Shown one piece after another: positions 35,501-54,125 of a DNA stretch of 64,000 nucleotides. Below the pieces are notes generated by a model. That model saw nothing but the letters and a program-made list of their open reading frames with translations, ran no database searches and was not told the DNA's origin. The stretch comes from Owenia fusiformis (lineage: Eukaryota): NCBI GenBank assembly GCA_903813345.2, contig CAIIXF020000001.1:20460001-20524000 (forward strand), in the 5' to 3' direction. A program made the translations under genes and the position numbers. Each line of letters starts with the position of its first letter. The stretch's first letter is position 1.

Positions 35501-36412
35501 AATATAAAACAGTGTACAAAAAGATGTTGAAAAACTGTGGTTGTTGAAATTGTGGACATTAATCAAGCAAATATTGGATGATACTGATAGATCTCAAATT
35601 GTGATAATCTTGCTTTTATCAAATCACCATACACTTGTTTCCATCATTATTTTCTGTTTACAATATATTTTCCTTAACTGCTTCTCAGATATTGTACTTC
35701 CTCTATTTATCAGCAACTTTATAGGAATGTGTTTTAGCAGATCTCTACATTACCAGTTCTATGTGTGGTACTTCCATACTCTTCATTATCTACTATGGAA
35801 CACAGCACTTCCAGTTATATATAGGTAATGCAGTGTGGAGTATAGAAGGGGTATTGCCCAAATGTTGACATTTGTGGAAAACTAAATTAATTTCATTTTG
35901 ATAATACAGAAACATAACTCTCCCCATATAAAGTAATTTGAAAACATCGATTTACCTTTTATGATCATTAGTTGCATTAAAATAATCAATATTCTCTTTT
36001 GAGCAAATAATGAGTTAAGTGATGTTAGTACTATATAGTATGGAATATGATCCTCTGATATATGGAATCCTGATTCATTATAGAAACCATAAATGTTGAA
36101 CTTATGAAAGCTTATTATGTATTCTTCAGTTATGAATGTTTAAAATCATGCTTTGTACTCAATGCAGCTGTAGGGAGTAAATAGACCCTAAGTAGACTAT
36201 GTTTCAAGCATTTTATTCAAAAATGTTTTTTAAAATGATCATCATTTAACGTTTCAGGGTGTGTATATTAGGTGTCATAGAGTTGTGTTGGAATACCTAC
36301 CCCTCTACAGTATAGTAGTGCAGCCTTACATGTGTGTCATCTAGTGACTCTTTGTGCCCTCTGGTGGTACCCTACAACACCAAGGACAACTAAAGCTGAA
36401 AAGACACAATAG
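5559..36412 (+). CDS. ALG3: Dol-P-Man:Man5GlcNAc2-PP-Dol alpha-1,3-mannosyltransferase ALG3, 9 exons (apparent frameshift in last exon)
   Basis: Exons 5559-5706, 7591-7690, 8755-8902, 32156-32316, 33055-33175, 33651-33856, 35361-35428, 35689-35824, 36258-36412. All introns are GT-AG with consistent phases. Translation carries ALG3 motifs [70 protein letters not shown] and [10 protein letters not shown]. As assembled it stops at TAG 36313-36315 (381 aa); the conserved tail continues in another frame to TAG 36410-36412. Confidence 0.95.
6595..7305. mobile_element. Degenerate long-TIR MITE in ALG3 intron 1
   Basis: 6600-6690 is inverted-complementary to 7205-7300. Confidence 0.6.
7712..8503. 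mobile_element. hAT-like MITE hosting family A copy 2
   Basis: TA(T/G)AGGTGTCAC termini; ACCCG subterminal repeats; degenerate TSD. Confidence 0.55.
7900..8300. mobile_element. Tc1/mariner-type MITE family A, copy 2 (inverted, different core)
   Basis: Same TIRs and TA TSD as 3345-4180. Confidence 0.85.
10645..10930. mobile_element. PIF/Harbinger-like MITE
   Basis: GGG termini; about 35-bp imperfect TIR; CAA/TAA flanks. Confidence 0.55.
11548..12091. mobile_element. Tc1/mariner-type MITE family A, copy 3
   Basis: Near-identical to 3345-4180 without the 3619-3923 insertion; TA TSD. Confidence 0.85.
12563..18340 (-). CDS. CD20/MS4A-like four-transmembrane protein with Q/P/Y/G-rich tail, nested antisense in ALG3 intron 3 (about 315 aa)
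   Basis: Exons 18340-18101, 17650-17582, 17347-17180, 16719-16612, 13411-13294, 12807-12563. All introns are GT-AG with compatible phases (0,0,0,0,1). Four hydrophobic segments ([88 protein letters not shown]) are followed by a CC motif. GxxxWxG in TM2 and Glu in TM4 resemble the CD20-like family. The gene model is strong; the family call is by recollection. Confidence 0.82.
12843..13027. mobile_element. Small Tc1/mariner-type MITE
   Basis: TA-CAGG(C/G)TGTGCC termini; palindromic interior. Confidence 0.65.
13957..15099. mobile_element. Transib-like non-autonomous element
   Basis: TIR CACACTACCCTACC; 5-bp TSD AATCT (13952-13956, 15100-15104). Confidence 0.7.
15177..16470 (-). mobile_element. 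Helentron-associated (DINE-1/Pearl-like) element with internal tandem array
   Basis: TTTTTAGCTCAC..GTGAGCT hairpin end at about 16449-16470; (GACG/GACA)n microsatellite at 16369-16431; a repeated block GGAAATGGGTCAAAAGTGAATTTC at about 15404, 15736, 16050 and 16201. Confidence 0.65.
18761..19192. mobile_element. TIR MITE
   Basis: ACCCAGATGCGAGTAG ... CTACTCGCATTTGGGT inverted termini. Confidence 0.55.
19352..19775. repeat. Palindromic repeat plus tandem CAATACGATTTTTT units
   Basis: 19355-19545 is a hairpin centred on GAGCGCAGCGAC; 19642-19765 is a roughly 50-bp tandem duplication. Confidence 0.6.
20586..22072. mobile_element. hAT-like element inserted in a poly-C run of an older repeat
   Basis: CAG(G/T)GGCGTAGGA termini with C8 on both sides. 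The left flank (20470-20580) matches 57700-57810 in inverted orientation. Confidence 0.6.
21027..21512. mobile_element. CAGG-terminated MITE family with 6-bp TSD, copy 1
   Basis: TIR CAGG(G/C)CTGTCAACT; TSD AATTCT; near-identical to 54391-54879. Confidence 0.85.
22296..23290 (+). mobile_element. Tc1/mariner deletion derivative with transposase remnant
   Basis: TA-CAG(G/T)GCGTATCAAAAAAAACGCAAC TIRs; internal [16 protein letters not shown] (about 22543-22592) matches the SPDLNPxDFxxW motif. Confidence 0.8.
23344..23813. mobile_element. pogo/Tc1-type MITE
   Basis: TA-CCGGATTTTCTCGCATAT TIRs. Confidence 0.8.
26023..27149. mobile_element. Kolobok-like TTAA element
   Basis: TTAA-AG(G/T)CCCC(A/G)T(G/C)TAAAGTTT TIRs; TTAA at 26019-26022 and 27150-27153. 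Confidence 0.65.
26677..26969. mobile_element. piggyBac-like MITE nested in the Kolobok-like element
   Basis: TTAA-CCTCTTGAAT TIRs; TTAA at 26673-26676 and 26970-26973. Confidence 0.75.
27150..27314 (-). pseudogene. Old LINE ORF2 C-terminal remnant (downstream part)
   Basis: The minus strand resumes [14 protein letters not shown]...NKFLYIMS...FIENCF right after the young LINE tail, completing the EDE-LHF...C motif. Confidence 0.65.
27315..30789 (-). mobile_element. Young 5'-truncated non-LTR retrotransposon (LINE, RTE-X-like)
   Basis: Uninterrupted ORF of more than 1040 aa, then about 300 bp of 3' UTR ending in AATAAA and (TAA)n at about 27315-27335. CAGTT flanks both sides (27310-27314, 30790-30794). 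GC content is higher than the surroundings. The clade call is inferred. Confidence 0.92.
27616..30750 (-). CDS. LINE ORF2: partial APE endonuclease, reverse transcriptase and C-terminal CCHC motif
   Basis: VYLP, GDLN, SYIDH and SDHLP (APE C-terminal half); [15 protein letters not shown] and YADD (RT); C..C....[10 protein letters not shown] (zinc knuckle). The N-terminal part of the endonuclease is missing. Confidence 0.93.
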   Translation of the reverse strand: MPQRNCKTSNFADVLDELEDVILTMKQDGDVLIIGDLNVNLGPLYGGRGAGKMNSNGVLLNDMCIRCSLNVIDLTDKGSGPEYTYYRENVGRSYIDHCLVSEEYAQKVKTVKVIDDELINNSDHLPLQVVLETSTLVPITPSSDNCNPVKLAWDKLDANALYERYTAPLTLSLKPLSDKLINSKSEVTPELLDSLFDELTDVLKSVSADAIPRRSFKKHLKPYWSDTLSQLSTDKKSAFKMWKLNGRPRNKENEHWIRYKTAKRQFRREIRRAEYKYEMECQEEIDRAGEISLKQFWFIVKRRRNRSNSSYSIRNKDGIILTQTDEIRSEWMNYFKTLMSIKPNDNFDSNHEHVINTRIVEMLQDSFNNDDEALNDPINYKEMTTLINNLSRNKATGWDEISTEHLRFGGDALANILVALYNHIIRLEHIPDSFKLGVLIPIFKGGNKDILEKDNHRGLTLMTTFMKLWEKIMVTRSRMCHRIEPKSEMQAANKTMTSCLHTSLLTREAICNGLESGNDVIMVTMDISKAFDTVWHNGLFYKLFNLGIHGKLWRMLRLCYSDYQCAVRCGNDVTLSDKFPISQGVHQGGLYSMELYGEYMNRLLLDVIDSGKGCSVGDVLCTCPSYADDTVIIAYHKKTMQDILNMMHQYSIKWRFNYHPDKCKAIIFSNSRATQQAGIDLQLGGRTIDVVQTTQHVGLPMSNYNSNRELIESALSKGKRAMNAYVGTTTHTQNPTNPLTASKLYWSVSMPSMTYGMELVPLSETDYKMLEQGHRSICKQLQGLPVSTSDPAVLPQLGWHTMTATIVVAKMMFLLQLLSHVSGSIFRTIAIKRITKFRYDSNPLHKMSPIGDIMTLASRFGISNVIYEMMDSGEVPPKSTWKRYIRNIVRTFECNMWRRELITYDKLTLYRTVVTGTKPIAWWEIARQDCRYIKRCTLMVRLLTGQGKLRAITGEWENIPVYDRICGMCDMQRIETLEHFILECPRYCSLRTNITNILHRIPNGRHMTNILKLRCIFGGDETLTNEDLKCISTAVQNMYILRME
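30790..31000 (-). pseudogene. Old LINE ORF2 C-terminal remnant (upstream part)
   Basis: The minus strand reads [18 protein letters not shown]...(frameshift)[11 protein letters not shown] up to the young LINE junction. Confidence 0.7.
31320..31722 (+). mobile_element. Tc1/mariner 3' remnant
   Basis: Reads [30 protein letters not shown] from about 31384; ends TTTTTGACCACCCTG-TA. Confidence 0.65.
32359..32725. repeat. Diverged tandem duplication (about 180 bp, two copies) in ALG3 intron 4
   Basis: ACAAGTATT.TAGACAAA...AAACAAATTTTGAGTAGGGA occurs twice. Confidence 0.7.
34360..35252 (+). mobile_element. Helentron-associated non-autonomous element
   Basis: Subterminal IR TCCCAACGAAC / GTTCGTTGGGA; (GTCC)n microsatellite; 3' hairpin ACTCCGCGGAGT followed by CTAGTT. 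Confidence 0.7.
35429..35688 (+). other. U12-type (minor spliceosome) GT-AG intron, ALG3 intron 7
   Basis: 5' site is GTATCCTTTT. Branch site TTTTCCTTAAC lies at 35668-35678, 10 nt before the exon, with no long polypyrimidine tract after it. Confidence 0.92.
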
Positions 36413-37859
36413 TATCTCATGTGGCAGAATAGAATCTTCATAAGACAATAACTTTAAGGGTCAAATATTTACAGGACAATAAGGTGGGCCTTAATGTGAC
36501 AATGTTTGGATGTTAAAGGGGTAACAAGGACTGTAGAGAATTTTTTTTTTTTTCTGAGCTATCAGGTCAATATTTGGCTTAACATTTTCTTTAACATATC
36601 TATTTTCTTAAAATGTATGGATAAACTATCAATTTCAGCATTAAGAAGTGTAAATTCAGTTCAAAGCTTCTATAAAGGGAGTCCCACTTATAGATTTTTA
36701 AGATCCACCACTTTTCAAGTGGAGTATCAGCTGAAATAATGTTCATCTAGGGGTTTTCTTTGTAGATGATAAAAATATATGTTAGTCTTGATGAAATATC
36801 CAAACTTAAATATATTTTGATACTGGTCGATGATCGTTGAATGCCCCCCCCCCCCCCCCTGCAATAATTGTTGCACCTTTAATTTGCATTCATGTGAAGG
36901 TCAAAGTTAAGTTATTCTCACCAGGTGAGAAATTTGTGATGAAAAATTGCAATTTCAGGATATACAAACATCTATGAGAACTTACAAGCAATTCAACCAG
37001 AACATATGAATGATATGTGCCATGATATCTCTGCAATACACTACTTCATTGAAAACAGATTCCTCATGTAAAGATTGACATTATTTGAAGAAACCCATTT
37101 TGAAACATTTTAACAGTTACTCACTATGTGTAGTTATACTTCATGTATCTTTATTGACATGTCCAACAATAAATCAAACAACAATTTTAACAAATCATTG
37201 TCTCTTGATATTTTACATACAAATGAAACAGTATGTGATACATTGCTTATTATTACTAATTAAACTAATATCAATCTACAGTTAAACCTGTATATTTGAA
37301 CACATGGTTTATCAGAACACGTCCCAATCCAAACACATTTTTGGTCACAATTTTCCTCCCATTGACTCTTATCTCCAGAAACTTACAATTTTATCGTAAA
37401 AACCTCAAAATGTGAACACCTTATCCAGATCTGTGGTGTTTGGATAAGATAGGTCTGTAAATGATTTGTAATGTTTCTGGAAACTACACACTCTACTGCT
37501 TCTCTCAAATCCCATAATCATTTGTACACAAAGATTTGAAATGTGTTAGATTTTACAAGTATTATGACTGACCATCAAAATTAAGATTCCACTAGGATGA
37601 ATTGATTTTACACATTGGCCTAATGGTGCAGGATTCTCTTCTTTTCATATAAATGGTGGATTATATCTTTATGGAGAACTGTTATGGGGGGAATTTGAAG
37701 TTAGCGATAATAGTGATAATGTAAATCTTATAAATCTAAAATTGAAAAATTATTTCACTACTTGCCAAATGACACAAAGTCTAATTTTATCTTAATAAAT
37801 CCACTCACTTTCTCTATTTCACAAAAATATAAATTTTTATGAAAAAAATAGTACATGTA

Positions 37860-38946
37860 CAGGGTGGTCCAAAAACATGGGACACTCGTATTTCAAATAT
37901 TGATATTGATTTTCTAAATGAAAACATGTCATATTATATACCAGTGGATAGGGAATTTACTCATCTTTAATTTGGTATATCATAAGTTCAAATTTATTTT
38001 AATGTCTGTCAACCAGCGTCCATAATATAAATGACGTCATTTTCGTTTCAAAACGGATTTCCCAAAATTAGCAAATGCCAAGTTTTATTGTTAACTTTAT
38101 TTACATAAGCAGATGTTCAATATGTCCACCATTTTGATCAACTATAGCCCTCAATTTTGGCCTAATTTGGTCAATAGCATCATTGATATGCTGTTGAAAC
38201 TATGAATTTCACTTCTCAATAATTCTGTCCTGAAGGGACTTAATAGATCTTAAGGATTTATGGTCTACCAATTCTGCCAGTCCTCCCCATACGTGGCAGT
38301 CGCAGATGTTGGGTAATCAGGTCATATGGGCAAGGCAGTGATTAAGGTGGGATGAATCTAGGCACATTTTCCTTTAAACATTTGACACTCTTGTGAGATA
38401 TATATTGCTTGGAGTCCCATCTTTTTGGAAAATGTAATGATTCGAAAATGAGTTCATATCAGGATGGTCCAAAAACAACATAATTGGAAAATCAGATGTC
38501 AATGTCTGCAACTACCGCGTATTTGGAGTAACAGAATTGGTTTACCATGACCCCCTTACATCTACTCAGTCTCTTAAAGACAGAATTATTGAGAAGTCGA
38601 ATTCACTCCCTCAACAGCATGTCAATGATGCATTTGACCAGTTTAGGCCATAATTGAGGGCTATAATTGATTAAAATGGTGAACATATTAGCGTCAGTTT
38701 ATGTAAATAAAGTTGACAAAAAACTTGTTTTTTTCAAGTTTTGGAAAACCTGTTTTGAAACGAAAATGACATCATTTATATTATGGACGCTGGTTGACAG
38801 AGATTATAATAAATTTGAACTCATGATATACCAAATAAAAGATAAGTAAATTCCCTATCCACTGGTATATAATATGACATGTTTTCCTCAAGAAAATCAA
38901 TATTTATTTTTGAAATACGAGTGTCCCATTTTTTTGGACCACCCTG
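37860..38946. mobile_element. Tc1/mariner foldback element between ALG3 and GART
   Basis: TA-CAGGGTGGTCCAAAAA termini; arms of about 400 bp. Confidence 0.85.
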
Positions 38947-40205
38947 TATTATAGTCACTTTAAGTGGCTAAAATAAACATCATTCCTCAACTGATGTTTG
39001 TACTTAATGTAATCATTGTAACTCTGATACAAAGCATATAACTTCAGTTTACACAACTTTGAGATGAAGCATTGTTCTTGGACTGTTAGCATCATATGAC
39101 ACATTCTGCTTTGAGCTGAAGAATGAACATGTGATGAAGCAAAAATACTCGTATAAGTAAAGTTAATTATGCAAGAATATACTCTATATTTCAACAATGT
39201 TTTCTGATAATAGTTTAACCTGTGCAATTATTACATGTGAGCAAATAAAATCATGTTATAAACATGCACTGTGTTATGGCAATTCATAAATAAGCTGAGA
39301 CAATGTTATAAAATATAAGTCTCTATAAATTGAGATCTTTATCCTACAGAATAGCAAAAGCATTGTAATAGTCAGTTACCTGTATATTATACTAGAGAGT
39401 AGAGACACATATAAACTGAGACAATAACAAGCTACAATTAAGACACTACTAACAAATATCTAACATGAATCACATATCAGTAGTCACAAATATCTATCAT
39501 AATTCATAAGTCAGATTTGGTTCAAACTGTATATGCTGACACCTTAGGACTTTGTGCCCAAAAAGAGATTTTCAAGATGGCTGGTCAATTTCCATTTTCT
39601 ATCAGAACTACTATTCTCGTATAATATTTTATGATAATGCTAACTCTAATTATTATGTTTTGTTCTAAAAAGGCTTTATATGACCACTACTCGATACGGA
39701 ATTTATAATATGGAACCATGTCCCATTAATTGGTGTATATTTTGGCAAAACTGTTTGGTTGTTTCTATCATGTTCAGAATGACAAGTGATTTGATGAAAT
39801 ACATTTTGTTCAGCAGGATTTGCTTGTCCAGGGAGTTGCTTGTTTTTCTAGTTATTATGTTACAAACTGATGTTGGTCTCAAAAACAATGGCTGTAACAA
39901 CAATATGTATATGACCTCTTATTGGTGGAGACTGACATAACATAAGGATGAGTGGATAATTCCATAGGTTCATCATGTGAGACAAAAAATATGTCTACAT
40001 ACAATGAGATCTTATGTCTAACATAAATTGAGATCTTTATCCGACAAAAGCATAAATATCAGTCATCTAAATAAAGTAGTAGTAGTACTACGGAGACACC
40101 CATGGAATATTGGGTAGCAATGCTGAATAGAAATGTAGTTTCAAAGATAGTACATTGTAATTTCAAATTCCATTTAAGCAGTTGCATGTTCCAATAAGTT
40201 GCACC

Positions 40206-48989
<8,784 letters not shown>

Positions 48990-49726
48990 TTATACGTACA
49001 GCATTGATGATCAAGATAACTTTTGACATAATCCACAGTCTATTTATGGTAAATTTGGACATAAACATATGTAACTAGACAATCTTTGAAATTTTAGAAA
49101 ATTGTCATAAAAAGGAAAATAGATAGCTTTCTTTTTCTATGAATGATATCAAATTTTCAAAGATTGTATCATTTAGAGCAATATATTGGGTACATTTTCT
49201 GAAAAACTCAAAAGATTCTGTACAGTGACCTTTCCTAGCTCCTACTTTTAGCTATTTTTCAGTCACATTTTCAGAGGGCTGAAAAGGTTATTTCATCATG
49301 TTTAGGGTTATTCCAACCATAAACATTGTGATCCTGGACCTGTAAATGGTATGTGGAACTAGTTGAATTGACTGGAGGTCAAAACAGAACTCTATTAACT
49401 TTGTTCAAAAAATGTCTGAAAATGCAGAATTTTTTGTCACTTCCTGTTTTGTCATTTCCTGTTAAGTATCATGGCACCTTAAAATATCATTGAATTTTAA
49501 AGGATGGTAATACCAATGAGTTACTCGAGTCTCTAGTCAAATTACTTGGCTAGAAGACCTCGCATGAAGACCACCGTGCACTAGTGAAAACGATCATTCG
49601 GAGTAAAAATAAATTTATGTGTTATTTTATGAATCGTAATGCAAATATTTCATCAAATAGAATGTAAACGAATACTGTGTCCTTTGTGAGATATTGCAAG
49701 CTTCCATCTACATGGTCTAAAATTAA

Positions 49727-50140
49727 GGTCAGGGTGCATGATCGGAAATTTTCTGCATTCCTCAATTGAGTCACATGTTATTTTTCTAACAAGAATCACT
49801 CCTTCCCCACATTGTCTATATCTTCCAGTTTTGCACAAAGAGTATACTTATGTGCCTAGAAAAGACTTGTGAGAAGAATGTTTTGATAAAGTGTATAAAA
49901 AACAAGAAAATTCAGTGAAAAAAATTAGAAAATTTTCAGAAATTTTTTTCACTGAATTTTCTCATTTTTTATACATTTTACAAAACAAACCTTCTCACAA
50001 GGCTTTTCTAGGCACATAAGTGCACTATTTGTGCAAACTTGGAAGATGTAGACAATGTGGGGAAGGAGTTATTCTTGTTTGAAAAATAACATGTGACTCA
50101 ATTGAGGAATGCAGAAAATTTCCCAACATGCACCCTGTCC
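49727..50140. mobile_element. Palindromic TTAA MITE (Kolobok-like)
   Basis: TTAA-GG(T/A)CAGGGTGCATG termini; arms of about 200 bp. Confidence 0.8.
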
Positions 50141-50379
50141 TTAATCAACGGCTCCAAAAAAATGGCAGATGTTCAACGACAACAACAAAAAACTGGACGA
50201 ACATGTCATTAATGTCTGACATTATAGCTGGCTCTAAATTCAAACTAGCAATCTAAAAGACTTGAACTAATACACGAGACCCTATCTGTTGCAAGACTAA
50301 CGCCTGGCGTAACCGTCACCATGTTATTCAGTGTTTTTAAGTAGTGCAAGGATCCTGCCATGACCATGGTAATGTTATC

Positions 50380-50950
50380 GTGAAAGCCTGGTATAACCGC
50401 GACAATGCTGTATTAAATTGCAATGCCTGCCATGACCGTGACAATGTAATATAGTTCTGCAAGGCTTGGCATGACCGTGACAATGTAACATAGTACTGCA
50501 AGGACTGACATGACCGTGACAATGTAATATAGTATTGCAAGTTCAGGTATTAGAGTGGTAATGTAGAAATTTACGATAAGGACTGCTATAACCGTGACAA
50601 TGTGAATTGCAAAGCCTGGCATGAGCGTGCCAATGTAATATAGTACTGCAAGGCCTGGCATGCCCATGACAATGTAATATAGTATCGCAAGGCTTGGTAT
50701 GACCGCCATGGCAATGTGATATAGTATTCCAAGTTCGGGTATGAGAGTGGTAATGTAGAAATGTATGATTGCTATAAGTGACCTTGACCATGTGTATTTG
50801 AAAACCTGGCATGACCGTGACAATGTTTTATGGGATCATTAAACCTGGTATGACCGTGACAATGTAATATAGTATTGCAAGGCCATGTATGAGGGTGGTA
50901 ATGTAGAAATTTAGGCTTAGTCCTACTATGACCGTTATTATGTATTGCAA
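50380..50950. repeat. 39-bp tandem repeat array
   Basis: CATGACCGTGACAATGTAATATAGTACTGCAAGGCCTGG-like units at 50431, 50470, 50509 and onward; inverted units at 51130-51230 and 52085-52135. Confidence 0.85.
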
Positions 50951-52191
50951 TGACTAATAAATATGTATGACATTAATGCCAGGAATATCCTTAACAATTC
51001 TAAGTGATCGTCATTACAATTAAACAGTTGAACACTATGATCATGGTGTTTAACTACCTTAATCATGTCAAAATCAAAATTACTACTGTACATTAATGTT
51101 CAGATTCGCTTCTAAACCACAATAAAGGCTACGGTCACGCCAGGCTTCCACGATAACACTTCCAGGGTCATGACAGGCCTTGCAATATAATACAGCATTG
51201 TCACGGTTATACCAGCCTGTCACGGTTATACCTAGTTCAACGTCGTTAAACTCAATAACGGCGTTCTTTATTATTATGAATTTTCTTGGGGCCGTTATTG
51301 AGTTTAATCTCCTTACTATTCTTTCCTTTGATGCAAGTTCTGAATCCATCGAAACCATTTTTCCGCGATAACGTGCAACGGATACTTGACAATAATATAA
51401 AAACACATAACATCAAGCGATTTAACACAATATTTTTGTGTTAAATGTTCATTTATACGAGTAAAATGAGGCTACACTTACCAATCTCTAAAGTGACATT
51501 TCCGCATGTCCGTCATTGTGTCTGTTCGTCTGAGTGTCCCGGATCGTAAAATTAAACTACCAGCGAAACGAAATTGTTGTCAAATAGATTGATAATTATT
51601 ATCGCGATTACTCGGGATAAAAAGATCAATTTTGAGGATAACAGGTATCTTTGATTAATTTATATAGCGCGTGTATACACACAAAATAGTTATTAATTGC
51701 AAACCCACTGTTCGTTAATGCAGTGCCGTGATGACAGTTAATTCCTGAAACGATTTGCAATTTTGATGTTACCGAAACTGACCGACATTTTCGTCATATT
51801 CCAAACCTGTCTCCAATATTTTCGTAATTATGCATCAATAGGGTCTAAGGGGGATACGGGACGGGGTGTATGTGTTTATAAGGTATGTATGCATGTTTGA
51901 ATCACATTCTTTGTGTAATATTGCCATGTTTTCAGGGTTAATTTGTTCCGCTTGTCGAAACCTGCTGAACGATAAATTAACGCATCAAAGGCAAAATGGT
52001 CATGGAGGTTAGACCTAGCCAGGCCATAACACATGTCAGATAAGAAATGAGGCCCCGGCTAGGTCTAATGTTGTTGGACTAGGTTATACCAGGCTTACAC
52101 GATAACACTACCACGGTCATGGCAGGATCCTTGCGCTACTTAAAAACACTAACATTACACATTAACATGGCGGCGGTTGTGGCAGGCGTAA

Positions 52192-52864
52192 TGGCCTAGT
52201 CACATAGCCCGGCCGATGAGGTTACGATGAGCCAGCGATGCAATTTTCACCGAACTCGGCCGAACACCGGCCGGACATCCGTGGCGTTTGTTGCTTAAAA
52301 CCGCATCGGTGGTAGCTTGGTGAAATTTTAACTTCGGAGTTAAATTTCACCGGGCTCTCACCGAGCTCCCTCATCATGTCATCGCAGCCCCATCGTAACC
52401 ACATCGGAAAACACGTCGGCCGGTGCACGGTCGAGTATTGGCCGGTGTCCCATGCATCTGAGACAACCAGAGGACGAGGTTTTTTAACGGACAGCGGCCG
52501 AGCTCCGACCGAGCTCCGGCCGATGTGGGACAGAGCATCGGCCGGTCACTGTTTAAAGCCCGTTAACAACCCGGCCGGCGATCGCACGGTGTCCTGTTAC
52601 CTGCTCGGGAACTGGCCGTATTCCTTCCGATGTCCGGCCGACCTCCGGCCGGTAGTTGCTGCCACATCGGCAGAAAAAAACTACCATTTTGAGACAGACT
52701 CCGTACGGTCACCGGCCGGTGTTCGGTCGGTCGCCTGAAGATGTCCGGACGGAGTCCGTTCACGTCACCGAGCTCTGCTTCCGATGAGGAGAGCTCGGTG
52801 GCACCAAAAAAATCCACCGAGCTCTACCGATGCCGGACATCGGCCGGGCTATGTGACTAGGCCA
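52192..52864. mobile_element. GC-rich PIF/Harbinger-like MITE
   Basis: Perfect 27-bp TIR TGGCCTAGTCACATAGCCCGGCCGATG; TAA TSD (52189-52191, 52865-52867). Confidence 0.85.
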
Positions 52865-53043
52865 TAAGTCTTGCAATAGATAGCATGTGTAATACACTGA
52901 TCACTTCCTGTGTGTTTTGAAAGATTTTGTGAGGTAAGAAGACCAAAACTTGCAATTCAAATTGTGAAGTGAATAAATGGCGGCTGGTTGATTTCAAATC
53001 TTATGATCATGAGATGCCTCAGGAGTAGATAACTGGGCCAGAC

Positions 53044-53641
53044 TTACTCACTTCGAGAGCCATGTTAGATTTTGAAACTTATGGCTCTCAAACGGAGAAG
53101 TGAACAGCTGATCAATAGTGACCTTTGAAATCGAATTAAGTCGATCCGCGGCTTACTTTTGGTCTCTAACTGTGTCTTACATCAGTATCATCAATCCGTG
53201 TAAGTATTGGAGCGCTGGAGTACTTCTTTTTCGATCAAGACTTGTAAATTGTTCATCGAGTGAAAGTTTTTTAGACCTATTTCCAATATGGCGGTTTGCT
53301 AGGTGCGAGATACGCAACGAACGAAATGAATTTTGAGAATTAGTTAGGTTCGGACAACCTCCGGAGATTTACGAAAATGTCCGAGCAGAAACCGCCATAT
53401 TGGAATTTGGCAGTAAAACGATTCACTCGACTAACATATTACAAGTCTTGATCGAAAAAGAAGTACTCCAGCGCTACAATACTTACACGGATTGATGATA
53501 CTGATGTAAGACACAGTTAGAGACCAAAAGTAAGCCGCGGATCGACTTAATTCGATTTCAAAGGTCACGATCATTGAGCTGTCCAAATGCTCCGTGGGAA
53601 AGCTATTATATCAAAATCCAAATAGCTTTCGCAGGAAGTAA
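53044..53641. mobile_element. TTACT-terminated foldback MITE with 8-bp TSD
   Basis: TSD GGCCAGAC (53036-53043, 53642-53649); arms of about 250 bp; related to 1-490 and 4428-4987. Confidence 0.85.
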
Positions 53642-53859
53642 GGCCAGACGGGTTTGGTTAGGACATTGGGTAATGTTGCTGTTGTGTTGAAGAGAAAGAA
53701 GTTGTACGCACGGTTCAAGCAATGAATCTATACATCAGTCTCTAAGTGATGCATACAGTGTCACAGTTGAGAAATCATTTATATGCATTTTTACTGACAT
53801 ATATGTAATCGATGCAGATAAAACAGCGATAAGGAAATAACGTAAACAAAAAATGAAAA

Positions 53860-54080
53860 ACTCACATGGACTTTCAGCTTCCGGTGAACAGGAGTGAATA
53901 ATAAATGACAAAAAGACAAGATTTTAAACATTTCTATATGATTTGGATCATAAGATATTTATGAATTTTTTAATATAAAGAATATTTATTACAGAAATTA
54001 CTTATTCAAAATCTAATCAATCTTTTAATCCACACTATTTGTTATTATGCATTCACATCCAAAGATGGCGGCGCCCAATT
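53860..54080. promoter_or_regulatory. Candidate bidirectional promoter (GART and + gene)
   Basis: Minus-strand donor gtgagt at 53865-53860; ETS-like CTTCCGG at 53878-53884; YY1 consensus AAGATGGCGGC at 54062-54072. Confidence 0.4.
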
Positions 54081-54125
54081 TTTTTGAAAACTTTTCATTT
54101 CTCTAAAAATAATCTCGAATTAAAG

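Noticed and set aside
50337..50950. 39-bp repeats as a CRISPR array or a repeat protein
   Set aside because: The units are directly adjacent with no unique spacers, there are no cas genes, the context is eukaryotic, and the ORFs are repeat by-products.
52222..52817. GC-rich ORFs or a CpG-island promoter
   Set aside because: They lie entirely within a TIR/TAA-TSD MITE; no protein motif was recognised.
52900..52940. CACTTCCTG plus GAG|gtaaga as a + strand first exon
   Set aside because: No supporting acceptor or coding partner was found; motif-only evidence between two MITEs.
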